Origin: Octopus sinensis
Taxonomy: Eukaryota
DNA: 64,000 nucleotides
NCBI RefSeq assembly: GCF_006345805.1
Contig: NC_042997.1
Span: 51,150,001 to 51,214,000 of the forward strand
Reading direction: 5' to 3'
Positions 24,296-39,649 of this stretch are shown piece after piece. The position numbers and the translations under genes are program-made. A model generated the notes under the pieces. That model saw nothing but the letters and a program-made list of their open reading frames with translations. It searched no databases and was not told where the DNA came from. How positions within the stretch are numbered: the stretch's first letter is position 1; each line of letters starts with the position of its first letter.

Positions 24296-24559
24296 GATCA
24301 ACAAATATTTGGTACAAAATATTTTTCCTGAAAATTTTTTCTTTGGTATTTAACTGATTGCAAAGAAAATGTTCCTACCTTGCCTTTACATGTATGCATT
24401 TATACACATTTGTGTGAATATGTATGTATGTGTGTGTACATGTGTGTGTCTTAGTTATAGCATGACTTACTAACTTTTGCGGGTATTTTTCTTTCTGAAG
24501 GAATTATTTTTAGTTCTACCATTCATCTCTCTTGTTTATTTTTATCCATAACTATTGAA

Positions 24560-25350
24560 TATATATGTCTTACCATGTTAGATGCAATGTTTGATGGATC
24601 TTTAAGTTTCCATATCTTCTTTTTCTACCTTAGCTTGTGCCTCTGAGTTTCATTAACCTATGTTAGGTAGTATGTTTTTCATGCAGGAAGAAGTTTGCAT
24701 TTACAACTATTTGTCTGTCCTACTTTCTAGTGATAATGTAGTCAATCTGGCTTTTGTGCTCACCAGAGGTGAGCAGGTGACTAATTGGTTTCTTGAATTT
24801 CATGTTGTGGAGTCCTAGATGATTTGCATCACAAAACTCCAAGAGCCTTGTTCCCCATTCATTGCACACCATACTGTCTACCAAGATACTGCCCAATCAG
24901 TCTGTCAAAGTTATCATTTGTCATTGAGGTACTCTGAAAAGGCATAAAAATGGTCTTTTTGTTCATCTGGCAGTCTCGGTTGCGGAGAATATACAGAGAT
25001 AAAAGTTGCTGTCATATTTTTCAAAACTAGTCTCAGGTTAATTATCCAATTGCACACTCTAGACTACTCCGATCCCTTTATCTATTCCTTTTTTTGGTAA
25101 AAGTATGCACCCCACCCTGCCACACTATTGCTGTTGGCAACCCAGAAAAATTTATACCTACATTCTTTACCTGTAAAGAATTTGACTATGGCTTCTGTCT
25201 GCCAGCAGCACACAACTATCTGTTTCCATTTTAGCATTTCAACAATCTCATCAGACCTTCCTTTCTTTGAGCCTTCATTGATTGTGGCTACCCTAAAGTT
25301 GTGAATTTGATAAGAAGAGTAAGTAGGGAGCTGGAGGATAGCTTTTAGCA
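24560..25350 (-). mobile_element. RTE-type LINE remnant (APE endonuclease region)
   Basis: ORF 25082-25351: RVATINEGSKKGRSDEIVEML..YKFFWVANS..GWG, an RTE/BovB-type APE N-terminus. Confidence 0.65.
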
Positions 25351-25399
25351 TCTGTAAAGAAGATTTGGTGGAACATTTACCTGTAGATACACAAATATT

Positions 25400-25612
25400 G
25401 ATTTTTCAAATTTTGGCACAGGGGCAGCAATTTCAAGGGAGGGGATAAGTCAATTACATCAATCCCAGTGTTCAACTGGTACTTATATTATTGATCCTAA
25501 AAGGATAAAAGGCAAAGTCTACCCTAGTAGAATTTGAAGTAATAGCACAAAGAAAGACTAAATGCCACTAAGCATTTTGTTCAGCATGCTAATAGTTCTG
25601 CCAACTCACTGC
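25400..25612 (-). mobile_element. tRNA-derived SINE copy
   Basis: Homologous to 44216-44431; possible 9-bp TSD ACAAATATT (25391-25399, 25625-25633). Confidence 0.7.
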
Positions 25613-26478
25613 CTCATCATATATACAAATATTAACCACCATTTCACCTGCCATTTCACTCATTCGTTATTTCTGTACTTGATAAATGACAAAAATGTAT
25701 CAGTTGATGAGCCAGTATTTCAAATTCCTTTCATGAGGAAGTGATTTGGTTGCAGTTAAAACTGTTAATTGTTGTTGGTTTTTCTTTAGCTTGCAAATCA
25801 CATTGTAAACTTCTATAGCATTTTTATATATTCTTAGTTAAAATAACATGGTCACTATTCCACCAGCTCAGCTACTTCTTGTATAGCATGTAGACTTGTC
25901 TGTTATTTCTAATTTTTTAAAAGCAACGTAATCATTGAATATTTTTAACTTAAAAATCTGAACAAGATCCTTTCAACCATTGGTTCACTTTCTTGAGAAC
26001 CATACAAAATTTAAATTGTTCCAGATTTAATTTATCATTACTCCTCAAATCATTGATGACTTTTGCCAGTGCGATTAATGGGCTTCTCTATGAAAACAAT
26101 AGTAAACTCAATCAATTACTCTATCTAAAAAACAAATTGATATGTATTTGAAAATCAAAATTAAATTCACATTTTATTGTTTATAGCATCTCTTGTTTTT
26201 GATTTAACAATGGTTGAAGTAAGCAATGTTTTAGCAAACAATTTTTGTAGACTTGTTTTAAACACTAACAGATGTTGTTGGCGAATGATTGCAGTAAGAG
26301 AACTCTTTATTCTTGCTAAGGATAGGACAACCTCTTTAGTACTGGTACTACAATAAAAATGTGTCCAATATACTCTATAAATTAGCTGAAGTCATACCAA
26401 ATATTAGAAAGTATGAGAAAGACATGTTCATCTGAACCTTCTCGGAAGGCAATTCAAACTGCTTTGACCACTACGCAT

Positions 26479-26479
<1 letters not shown>

Positions 26480-26567
<88 letters not shown>

Positions 26568-26570
26568 GAG
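26480..26570. repeat. (CA)n(CAGA)n microsatellite
   Basis: Read directly. Confidence 0.95.
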
Positions 26571-27796
26571 TGATATCTATGCAACTATCTTATAGATTTA
26601 TAGTCTCATGAAAATTATTTTTGAATATTTATATTGTTCTTAAGAAAACCATTTCTTTTCTTAAGGACAATTCACATATTTAAAACCCAATTTTAGCATT
26701 TATCCAGTTGGTGATATATTGGTAACTTTAGATGTAACTAGATCAGAAAAAGGGTCATTTTGTAAATTTCTTTGAGACAGAAGTGTTGATTTTAAAAAGT
26801 TTTATTAGGATTAAAATTTAGATGAAATTTTGTTGGGACCCTTATATTATTTGCAATATCAATTTTTGTTTATCTTAATATATCTGTTACACATCTAGTA
26901 CTATTTAAAATTACTTTATAAAATTGAGGATATCTATTCATAGAAAGAGCAGATAGTGCTGTAAAACTGCAGTATTAAGTATATGATATATATAATCTAA
27001 ACTGAAAAATTGTTTTGAAATATATTAAATCAACTTAGAATTTACTTGTTTGAATATAGGCTAATTTCTGAGAATTGTTTAAAAGTATTAACCATGTCTG
27101 GATACATAAAATATTGGAGCTTATAGTTCAGCCGTTAGTTCAATATGTGCAACTTGTATTTGTATGGGTCATCTCAGACTGGGATTTGTTTTGAGACAAA
27201 TGAACTGATAAACAACTGACCATAATTGATGACTGGAGTAGAAAAGCTTGCCATTATATAGCTAGAAAATATATGAATATGCTGCATATATGTGTAAGTC
27301 TATATAAAGTGCTTATTCTGTAGATTTACTGAATGTAGTCACATTTAGCTCAAATTACAATAAACATTTTGAAAATAAATATTGATATTGCTGCCTTGTT
27401 GAGCAGTGTTAATGGTGGATGAATGAAATCAAACCAATATTATTGTTCCTGATAATATAGTTAACATGTTTATTAGGCAAAGGAAGTATGCTTAAGTGAA
27501 ATTTATAAAATCTGGTTCTGTAGTTAAATGAGCAATTTTTAGACTCATATGATAATCGATTAGAAAATAAACCACTTCAAACTTGGTATCAAAATATATT
27601 TTTCAGGAGAAAAATATACCACTCACACTAAATTACTTTATTTCTTTATTTGTTTCATATCTATAAAAATCCAGAAAAATGGTAATGCATAAATCCTACG
27701 TTTTTTAAAATTATCTTTTCTTTATAAAAGATAATTATGTAACAATATATTGTGTTTTGAATTTATATCATTATTGCTTATTTGTTTATTTTATAG

Positions 27797-27877
27797 CTTG
27801 ATAATGCTGATGAACAAGCGGCACAAGTACGCCGAGAGCTTGATGGTAGACTTCATTTAGTTGAACAAATGTCCCGG
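27797..27877 (+). CDS. CADPS: CADPS/unc-31 exon (LDNADEQAAQVRRELDGRLHLVEQMSR), phase 0/0
   Basis: TTATAG acceptor, GTAAGT donor; matches the CAPS motif LDNPDEQAAQIRRELDGRL. Confidence 0.95.
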
Positions 27878-27905
27878 GTAAGTCTTACTCATATATATTA
27901 TATAT

Positions 27906-27937
<32 letters not shown>

Positions 27938-30900
27938 GTCATATCTCTTAAACCCATTTATGTGTTTTGTTTAATGTGGTATGTCTGAACTTGACATCCT
28001 TGGTTATAAACATATACTCTAAATTTAATTTGAAATAATTTATATTTTTTAATCTTTTGATAGTCACTCATACAAAGATCCTGTAACAAAATGCCAGATA
28101 AGGTAATTATTTCTCATTTAAAATATAAAAAAAAACTCAAGGGCTTAATGGATGTTTAATGGATGTCTTATACTCATCAAAATTGTGTTGTCTAATATTA
28201 TTCCCCAGAAAATATTTTTTGTACCAAGACCTTATTACTATTGTTTCTTGTTTTATAATTAGTTTTAATTATTTAATTACTCGTCTATTTTCTTCATATT
28301 TAGATTTAATTTGTATTTGCATTGTAGAATAAAACAGAAATGCTCTTTTTAGTATAATATGATGTATTTTTATTTGAATATGTTCTGTATTTTTGTGGCT
28401 GGTTATTGAATAATATGGAATTTCTGCTGTTGATGATGTCAATCTTAATGCTGTTCTTTTGTAAGCATTTTGATGTACTTTTTGTTTCTGTCTAGAGTCT
28501 GTGCTTTTAAGTTACTTTTAAAAGTTGTGCTTATCATGTATTGTAAACAGTAAACATCATTTATAAGAATTTATGCAGTAAGGGTTATGGTTTATTTCCT
28601 TTTTCTGATGCATTGTGTAGAGATGGCATATGGCATAAATAAAAAAAATTATGAAAATTATGAGTTATTGATATATGAACATTTTTTTAAAAGTCTGTTA
28701 TATAAAGTAAAGTAATATATCTTTGTTCTAAAGATCTGCAATTAAAAAAAAAAAGAAATGAAATCTCTTGGTATTTTGTAGTTTGTATTTATTAAGAGTT
28801 AAATTGTTTTTGAAAGAAAATATATTTACAAAATAACTTTAGTGTAAAACAATTTTTTTTTGTATTTTGTGTTTTTCATGTATGTTGAGTAAGAAAGTTT
28901 TGCAATCATTATTAGATATTATATAGTATACCAAGAAAATTAACAGTGAAGTAGTTATATCAGGCATAAGAAAGTTGGATTTTACTGAAATTGTGACATT
29001 TAGGATTGGGATGCATGGAAATATACTGTTGTGTAAACTTGTTCAATGCATGTCAGCATGGAAAACATACATTGAAATGGTGATTAAAATATCAATGAAA
29101 ATATATTGTTATTCTTTTTTTCCTCCATAGTTTATTCTAGATTGTCTTGAAGAAAAAAGTTAAAGTTGCAATTATAGCGCAATCTTATTCAAAAATTTAT
29201 AATAATATGTATAACTCCTAAATTTGTACATCTAGCTCTCTCAAATTAGTGATAAACAAGAACCAAATATAGTGAACTGCTTTTAAGTGGAATTACATTG
29301 GTAAGGACATCACCTTGGAAACACAGGATCTTAACATTCATTTTAATAATTAAGGCATAGGTAATCTACATGTGCAATAATTTGAAACCTGTTTACCTGT
29401 AAGGCTAAAATATACAGTAAATTCAATTTTTGGAAGTTGATAGTTTTGAATGTATCTTATTTTCTCTGTAACTTTGAATGAATCCACTGCATTGTTCTTG
29501 TTAGTTTTTTTGGAAAATTGTTCTGCGACTGATAAATGGTATGATTCTTTCAAATTCATAAATAGCATATTCTGAGTTATTAATAATCATATACTACCTT
29601 TCTCAGACATCATATTTGTGACTGGTTTATTGTTAAAGTTTCATACACTTGATACATTTCTACAGATAATAGGAAAGCAGGGTATTCTAAAGCATCAGCT
29701 TTTTAAAGAAATAATTGTTTTCAAAGTAAATTTAAATAATTTTAACTTTCTTTTCTCTTAGGTTGATATCTGGTCCTGTTTCATTTCCCTAGCTACCACA
29801 TATTAATTGAATATATTCTCATTCTTTCAGATAGATATGTTTTGCAAGTGTCATTCAACAAATCACACCTTGTTCACCCTGAATAATGATGTAGTATAAG
29901 TAACTTTTAAACAAAACTTTGTAATATAATCAGAAAAATTTGGAATTAACAGGCAAAATAGTTTTGCAAAATGAAGATGGTAGATAACTCCACTATTCCT
30001 ATTCACATTGAATATTTCTTCTCAGCATTTATTGCCAAAAAAAAAACAAAAATTCTCTATCTCATTTCCTTTTTCCTTATTTGGTCTTCATAGATTGATT
30101 TATCTCCACAAAAGTAGTAATCACTTATTTAAACCCTACCTCCACCCCCCAGTCAATTCTGATCAGAGATATTCTAATATTTTTTTGTTTATCTGGGAAT
30201 ATGTCATCTAATGTCTTTTTTGTGACTAAGAAAGAAAAGTTACTATTTTTAGCACTCCGATGATCATGTAGAGGCTCCCTTATTGTAGTTGTATGATGTT
30301 GAAATACCTATCTTGATAGGTACACTCTGACTCTGTATATTGGAAAAGTCTCACCTCTCACAATATACAATTTTTATGGCATTGATCATAGAATACTGCC
30401 TCAAAAAGTCCCATACAAGTATGGAAAAATGGATATAATGATAATGTCTAATATAAGCTTATAAATTGAGGAAACACTCAGCTGCTTTTTTTATCATGTT
30501 TTAATATGCAGATATTATTCAATTTAAAATGTTTGAGTTTGGTTATTTACTATCGGTGGTGCATCAGCATGATCGCAGCTCTGAGATAAAACTACAGAAA
30601 AAAAATCTCTGAAACCTTGCTATTTCACAATACTATCTTGAATTTTAATGAACCCAGTCTCCTTTGTATCACTAATCAAGTTTATTTCTATTGAAAATTA
30701 AGTCAAAAGCTCAGTCTGGCAATTATTTTGACAACAGAAAGGAAGGATAGAAGGGTTTGGAGTTTTCTCCCTTACATTAGAGCATTCCTTTTGAAGGAAT
30801 GTAAACAAGATTAGTATGATTCTTGTGATATCATGCATTTCAGGTACTGGCTGACTGATACACTCCTGTGTAGTATTGTCATACAGGAAGTTGAGATAAA

Positions 30901-31799
30901 ATTAATTATATTTTATTATAGTGTTTTGAATATCTTTTTCTTAAATTCAAAATGCATCTTTTGCTCAGTAAAATGCTTTAGCTTTGTACAACCTATATAT
31001 ACTCAATTAGATTTACTTTTACTCTTACAAAAATTGATCAAGAAGTTAAAAGTGAATTATATCTTGTCTTTTTAGTATTATTATTTTGTTATCTAAACAG
31101 TCTCAGGATTTCATTTTCCAATGATCTAATAATATTAATTTGATTTGCCTAATATTGAAGCTTCATTATCAAGCTTTTACTATGGTATATTTCATCATAC
31201 TTGTTCAAATTAGATGTTTTTGATACTGCCTTATATTACTATCCATTTGGACACAACACTTCATTTATGCTTTTTTTCTTCTTCTACTGTGTGATCTGTT
31301 GAAAACAGTTAACTATGTGGAAAAGAAAAGTAAAACTCCCCAGAAAATTGCTTATATTATTATGGTATCTGTAGATATTTTATCAATTTGTTTAAGAATA
31401 ACTTCTATATTAGTGAATGTCATATATTATTATGTATATTTTTGGTGTATATTTGTAATTTGCTTAATTTAGTATTTTCAGCAATATTCCAGATCACTAG
31501 AATATATTCACTTTTATCATAGACATTAGCTTGCTATTTCATTAGTTTTCAGTATACTTCTGAAATAAATTATATTTGACATAATTTTGTTTTTGAATGT
31601 GAATATATTTTTTTGTTTTTCAAATTATTCAATATATTTCAATTACTAAGATCTGTGATAAAGCAAAAATCTAACTAGATAAGTGTTAAATGGTAAAAAA
31701 TAATTATGACTTTGAGAAGATACCCTGCAGAGCTACCCAACTCCTTATAAAATGATTTTAAACACTAAAAGTTTTGAAATCAAAGGATTATTTGGTGTG

Positions 31800-32110
31800 T
31801 GGATGCTTAAAACTTGTAAGGACAACTCATTTTTACTGCTATGGTGTAAATTCTGAACTTGTAGGTGGAGGTGAGCTGCTTTGAGTATGAGTTTGGTCAT
31901 TCTTTTGGATGCTAGCTGGGATGTCTGTATGTGTAGCAGTAGTACTTCTCCAAATGCAGGAGCAGAACCCGTTTGTGAGGTCTCATTGAGCTTTGTAGAA
32001 TATCACTAATTTTGCGGGGATGAAGTAGCTTTCTGTAGAAGGTAAACAACTGATCAGGGTTAAAGTACTTTGTTGATTTAAAGAGGAACCTAGTCTTTGA
32101 GATGCAATTT
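31800..32110 (-). mobile_element. Highly decayed L2/CR1-type LINE RT C-terminal fragment (related pieces on + at ~35790-36230 and ~38490-38780)
   Basis: LGFLFKSTKYFNPDQLFTFY..FYKAQ-like translation. Confidence 0.4.
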
Positions 32111-32658
32111 CACAAATGTTATAAACATGGAGTTGCCATGATAAATACATGACTTCAGTATTTTTTGTTCCAATGGTACTGACATTCTGAGTCTGTTATA
32201 AATACAGGCTGATATTATTTCTTGTATTGACAAAAGAGTATTAATTTTGTTGAGTTTTTTTTTTACTTATTTAGAACTGTATCATGTTTTCATAGGAGTT
32301 ACAAGCCATAATCACAGCATTTTGTTGGAAGAACTTTACATGTTATTTTTCAAATGTCTAATGTTATAGTTATCCTTTTTGAAATCAGTCATGAAGTGAC
32401 TCGCTACAACAAATAGTGCTGTACAAACCAGTGGGAAAGCCTCTGCTTGGTTACTGCACCTGTTAAAAATAGCAAACAAATCTCATTTAAATCACACACT
32501 TTTCTCATTTAAAAGTATAGGACATACTAGGTAGTACAGTCTAAGATAAACTATGTGAATAGAAAATAGTACAACCATAAATGGAAAGCCTTTGATCATA
32601 GCTCTGTTTGGCCTTTGTTGATCTGAAGTTAAATCATAATTGATAACATAACATTGTG

Positions 32659-32707
<49 letters not shown>

Positions 32708-35700
32708 AAGCATTCAGGAACACTGATTTAATATAACTTAACCACCATAGATAGTTGCATACAGCAATGGGTACCTGGACATGATTCTTTGGCACCATAA
32801 ATATAATTCTTTGCATTTGTGATGCCAATATTTTACTGTCAGATCAACATAGTAAATGCTATTTTGCTGAACTTCCACCTCTGCTAATTAACAGGAACTT
32901 ATAAATTTGATATTGGTTTCATAATTATTGTGTTTGTTGAACTTGTTTGTTGTGCTATTATCACACACCATATTACCTAAAACTCATTATTTACAATATA
33001 TATTTGTTGCTACATCTATTGGGCATGATAAACTCATATTGCAAGCCAAAAAAGGACTCGTTAATTCTGTAATAGTATTCTTGCTATTTACAGAAATTTA
33101 CTTTTTGGTGAAGTGAGTCACCAAAAACTAAATACCTTTGTCAAAGACAATTGTAACTTCAGAAGCATTGGCCCTTTGGCTTGTCAGGCACATTACGGCT
33201 GGTTCAGCTTTAACTACCAATTGTCATTCTTGATTTCTCTTCAAATATTTAATATTACATTTTATCTTACAAATAGCATTAATTATTGTTAATGCTAGTC
33301 GGATTACTCTACTTAACTTGTTTAATATTCTTCATGATTATAAACACCTGAACTGATGTGACAAAATATTCTTTTCAATATTTGATTTTTTAAAAATTTC
33401 TATGGAAATTTATCATAGAAAATATTGCTTGTTAAAAATCCATTATGAAATTATTGCCAAAGCAGTTTTGAGTAAAATATCTTTAATAATATTGCCAAAT
33501 GATGTCTTCTTGCATAATAGGATAACCTTGTATGACTTTGACCAACAATAAAATTCATAATTTTAAATGTTCAAATAGTTTATTCAGTGAGTAAAAGAAG
33601 TTTTATTATTAAAATAAAAATTAAGTATTGCCTCCAATTTTAATATTTTTAATTTGCTTTTCATCATTTCAACATAAACCAAGTTTTTTCTCTTGCCTGT
33701 TCTGTAGCACTTAATTGGATAGGGGGTAACTTAAGTGGTTTGCCAATAATAGAAATGTTACTACTATAGTCATGAAATCATGATTCTCCAGCTAAAATAA
33801 TTGCGTTTTATTCACGTAATCATTGTGATTTATCATCATTTAGATATTATAACAGTATATTCCCTTATTGTTGAAGAGCTGATAAAACATCAATATCATG
33901 CCAATATGATAGTTTAAATTTACAACAAAAAGAAATGACATCCATTCTTATTCTCTGTTATGAACCAACATCAAGGATCTAATGTGTATAGTTTCAGGTT
34001 AAACTCTCTGTATTGTATATTTTGATGAGATATGGTTCCTAATGACTGAAATAATTTGTTTTAAACTGTTTATGATATCTAAAATATACTTTTTGTTACT
34101 TTCTACAATATTTAATATGTTTAAATTGAGTTGATCATTTTTAGAGAGTAGTTGATGTTTTGGATTAGTGATTGAGTTATAATAAATCACTTGTTTTGTG
34201 GACATATGAAGATTGAAATTGCAAATTAAGGATGAAAGAAAACGTGCAAATCTGAAAATAACATAACCTTTGTTTCAATATAAATTGTTCTTTACAAATA
34301 CAAAATAATGATAATAATAATAATAAAAATTCATTGTTTTATTTATTTTCTTTATAATTTCAGATTTATAGTAATTATCTTTGATGTCAACTCATTTTTT
34401 AAATTTTTGAATATATGATTTTATTAATTTCTGTTTTCATTTTGTTGCTTCAATCTTATTAATTCATGTCATAAAGTATCCCATTTGGTTGCTTATTATC
34501 TTTCAGTTCTTTGTGTATGCATTTTCTCAGATTTAATACATTTCAAGTTTATAGTAGCAATATCATTGTATTAAATGATCTTTTATTAATGAATTGGTAT
34601 GGAAAACCTGGAATTAATTGGATATGAGTTGTTGGTTGTACAATGTGAAATAAATTAGGTGCAGAAGTGTTGAGAAAATTATTGGCTACATTTTAAAATC
34701 ACAAAGTTTCCTTATTTAATAGTTAAGGAGTAAGTTCATTTTTCAATTATAAAAAGAAAGTGAATGCACACAGAATGAATGAACTTTGAGAAATAAACTT
34801 AAAAAAGATGCAATGAATTCTACTAAGAGAAGTATTGCAAAGTTGGCTCAAAATAGAATAAAGTAAACAATCTCTGGCTAATTGTTTGAAAGAGAAGGAG
34901 CTGCTTTATACAAAGCTGAAACAAAGAAATGAAAGCTCGGAACAGCAAACTTCAAGTGAAACATTGCCAATTTGAGTTTTACTATATAGCATCATAGGCA
35001 ACATAGTCATATAAACAATTATATTTTGCATAAAAGAAGAAGTTGAGGTATAAACTAAATATTATTTTAATGATGCAACAAAGAAGCAACATATATTAAT
35101 ATCAAAAGCTTCATAATATTTCAAATGAACTGGCAAAAAAACATTCAGTGTCATCATCTGGAGCAGGAGAAGCACTAAATTTAAGTTCATGAGTTGCTGC
35201 TATGATTTCTCATAAATTAGTTTAGTTATCTAAGCAATATGTTCAATGTTGAAGCAGGAACCAGCATATTAATATTGTTAAACTGGTTATAAGAAATTTA
35301 AAGACTTGGCCTTTTCATTCATTACTAACAGGTTCCTCATCTTTTTCTTCTTTTTACAAAAAGTTGATTGCATAATATATGTATTGGAAGTGTGATGTCT
35401 CATAGTTGGGGAAGGTAACCAGTAAGACCTAGTTGTAAGAAAACTATTGCAGCATAATATGATAGCTTTATAATAAAGAGGGGAGGAAGAGTATCTTTAT
35501 TGTGTTATCTACAAAGAAGTTGTTTTTAAAATTTAGATAAATTTACTTTTAATTAATGAAAGCTGAAATCATCAACAAACCATTTTTAATTAAATAAATT
35601 TTGTTTTTGTTCTATTTTCAGTTATTTATGGAGTATCTAAAATCTTTCTAATTCAAGTTTTCTCCTTTTCTAATTTGTTATTTAAATTTCAATAAAGTTA

Positions 35701-37469
35701 AGAATTATCTATTTATTTTCATATGCTATTAAATATTGTTACAGCAAAAATATTGTTTTAGCGAAAAGTGAATCGCAAAGACTGATCTCTCCATTTAGTC
35801 TCAAAATACTTAATTCCCCCACAACTACTAATGCTCTACAAAGCTCAACTCTACAAAGTCTCATAATTGCATATTATATCTGTATTTGGAATGGTGATGT
35901 TCTTACACATACAGACATCCTAGATCACATAATGAAAAACACATACAGTTTCCTATCTTTGCTTTTTCTGCCAATCAATAAAATGGCCTTTGTTCTTCAG
36001 AGCTGAAAGTTTCATGCTACCTTAATTCAGACACTTCTGATTTTCTTGTCACTAATGTTGTGTCCACCTGCAGGCTTTGCAGTAACCAGCATGCTCTGTC
36101 TTTCCTATAAAAATTTCTGGAATTCTATATCCTACCCATGTTTTCCCTGCAGCCATCAACTTAAAACTGTTCAAGAAGAACTTTAATTGCATCATTCTTG
36201 CTAACATCAGAGGCCCTGCAAAGACTTTCTCTTGAACCAGAGTAAACTAATGAGAAAAAATTAGCTAAAATTAATTACTAAGTTAATTGAATTGACTACA
36301 CTCACTCAAAAATTTGTGGTTTTATGCAAAAGTTAAAAATCATTATTTTTATTTAAAATAATTTTTATTAAGATGTATTATTTTTATATTATTAGTGTGG
36401 TAGACTAGCAGAATTGTTACAGCATTGGACTAAATGATTTTATTTAGTTTTATCTGTTTGTGTCAAATGCCACTAAATCCGACTTGCATTCTTATGGGTT
36501 TGATCAAGAAATACCAGTCAAGTATTGAGGTCAGTCTAATCAACTGTGCTCCTGCTAATATCACTGATCACTTATTGAGGGATAACTTTGATCACTAAAA
36601 GCTCAAGCATTTGACTCTAATTACCAACAAGTAGTGTCTGGGATAAAGAGTAGTAAGTTAGTTAATTATATATGTGTTTCTTGGTAGTTGGAGTTATATT
36701 TTTCTTGCTGGTTTTGCTCATTTAAAATATGATAGGCTTTTTTGAGCAATGGTGAGTAGATTTTTTTTAAAGTTTTTATCAAAAAATTCTATGTGTGTTA
36801 CTTTTTTGATTTTGGAAAAGGTTTCCTCTTTCTCTGATTTAAGATATAAAAAAAGTATACAAATAAAAGTAATTATTTAAAAAATATTACTTGATCATAA
36901 GTGAAAATAGTTTCTGACATTGTTTGAGATGAATGAAGTTTTACAAATAAATTTGCTTTTGTTATTGCCTTCTATGTCTCTGAAATGCACATCAGACTAT
37001 ACAAATTGGAAGATGTTTTAGTAGCTAATATTAGATCTTAAATTCTCTTACAATAAAACTATGTTCCTGAATGAAAAGCCACTTGGTATCAATTTGCTTT
37101 CCAACAGACATAGGTTGATAAAATAAATACCAAAAAGATAATGAAACTTTTTGTCTTTCTACTACAGAAATAGCCTTATGCTCAAGACTATAAATAAGGG
37201 CCCACATAAGACTGGACTAGTAATAAAATTTAGACTACCAAACTCACTACCTTATAATATTTAGTTTTGATACATGCTATACTGCTCAGAATTTTCTGAA
37301 TTCTATTTTGGTTTCCACCTGGAGGGTGGAAAGGTAAATCTGAAACCAAAAAAATCTTCTCCCCTGTCATAAATTTATGACCTTGTGCAATGTAAGAAAT
37401 TAAAGTTGGACAAAATGTCTTGTGGTATTTGTTTACCTTTGTTTACATTCTGATTTTAAATCCTGCCAA

Positions 37470-37592
37470 GATCAACTTTGCTATTTATCCCTCTTGGGTT
37501 GATAAAATAAAGTACTGGTCTAATACTGGCATCAGTGAATTCTCCCTTCAAATTTTTAGCTTTGTATCTATTTGAGAAACAATTTCTTGTAT
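37470..37592 (+). mobile_element. tRNA-derived SINE 3' fragment (a further decayed + copy at ~36400-36570)
   Basis: TCAACTTTGC..ATCC..GG.TTGATAAAATAAAGTAC matches the reverse complement of 44216-44431. Confidence 0.55.
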
Positions 37593-39649
37593 TAGAGAGA
37601 ATTCTGAAAACTGACATTTAATTTTTGGAAATAATGGAATAAAAATTCAAACTCTTCCTGTCCTATCTGAAGAATAAATGAGACAGACTAAAAATATATA
37701 ACTATGCAGGTTTTGGTAAAACTGAAATGAAATATATTATAAAGTAACAACACAATATCAAACTATCATGTACATTGGATATCAAACTGTTGTGTGCACT
37801 TTCAAAAGTGAATTATAATATATTGTAATGTGGATAAAGAAATCATTATTACTTCTCTTTGCTAATGGCTTTGTGTTCCAGCTCTAAAAAACATATGTAA
37901 GTCTACTTAAGAAGGAAAGTTATAAATATAATTAATTTTAATTCTTTAATCATCCATTATTTTTCAAGTAAAGTAAACATAGTAAACTTAAATATCAAGG
38001 AAAACTTTTGAAATATATGTAGATAATCTTGAGTTCAGACCAGTCAAAAATAAAAATAACTGATTATAATTTGTGACTACACCAAAAAGAGAGCAACTAC
38101 TTTGACCCTACAAACTTCTGACCTATCGTACTTATTTCCAGTATCTTAATGCTAATATGAACAGTTGTCAAGTTCATCTTCACCACTTCAAGTCTCTCTC
38201 TGCCTCCTCATTGAACATTGGTATGGCTTCCATAGAACCACATCTACCAGAGACTTACTTTTCTATGTCACTCATTTTGCAACCATTGATTGGCATAAAA
38301 TCCTACTAGTTAAGTCTTTGTTCTGTAACCATTTATCATGCATAAGATCTAAAGCTTTGTTAGATACATCATTACAGTATATACTTTATTCTTTAATTAC
38401 AATATTGTTGTATTCAACAAATCAATGACTCAGTTACTCTACATGTCAAAGAAACACTCTTGTGCCTTAAACTTTGTAGTCATGAATCACGGGCAATTTG
38501 AACAACCAAAGTTACTCAAATACTTGGCCTTCTAGTCTCTGATGATCTTGCATGGCAGCTTCATCACAAAGATTGAGTTTCGTTTTTAGAGTGTGAAATA
38601 CTTCAGCCCAGTTGCTCAGCTTCTACAACACTCGAGTAATAACTGCACAGCAGGATTTTTCTGTTTCTGCATATACTAACACCCTAAACAGAATTTTGAA
38701 GAACGTCAACTGGACAAAGTCAGTGATGAATATGCTTTGAGCACCAGGTCACAGATGCATTCTTTCTTCCCTGCTTGTTTGAATGAAATTCAGTGGACAC
38801 TGCTCTTGTAAATTAAGTAGCTGCATACTCTGTCTACACAAGCTTACTTGTCAAACCTATTTTTCCCACATCTCTTACTCTTACAGAATGAAACTTCTTG
38901 CTCTTCACATTAAACTCTTTAACTAATAATTCATTCCAGGACAGTAAACTTTTGGGATTTCTGACAATACTTTGCCAATGAACACCAACTGATGTTCAAA
39001 CAGAACATCAATCACATACATCTTGTTAACCTGGAGGAATATTGAATAGTTATGGGCACTACTCCTCTGACTATCATATTAAAGAAATAAAAGTACAGTG
39101 CTGGTTGCTTTCAAGAAGCAAAATAAGCTTTGGTTACAAAGTTCATTTTGCGGTCATGTGGTTCCTGATTTGGTCCCACTATCTGGCACCTTTGACAAGA
39201 GTCAGCTCTGGGTTCAGCCCTGTTTTCTTAGTGGAACTGGTATGCAGAAATTGAAAAGCCCTTTGTGCGTGCGTTCTATTCTGTTTTTGATTATTTGAAT
39301 TCTTCCTTTGAAGGAGATAGTTTCTAACAAAAATAATGTCACATTTTAAACTTGAGGAAAATCTTGCATATATTTACTGTTCTCGTTACAGATTGTATTT
39401 GTAGTATGTGAGTTAATTGGTTGATTTATTTTTCTGAAAACCCTAGCTTATCTAGATTATCACTTAGGCACAAAACCCAAGTGGTATAAATGTGAATTTA
39501 TAATCTGGATACAGAAGCTGGAGGTTTCAAAGCAGTTGTTCATAGTTGTATGCACATATGTATTCATGTATATATATGCTTGTATATATATATATGTATC
39601 TGTGTGTGTGTGTATGTGTATGCATGTGTATGTATGTATATATATATGT

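Noticed and set aside
28000-39500. Short 60-90 aa ORFs in the long AT-rich intron
   Set aside because: No homology cues or consistent splice phases; adjacent CADPS exons already join without them.
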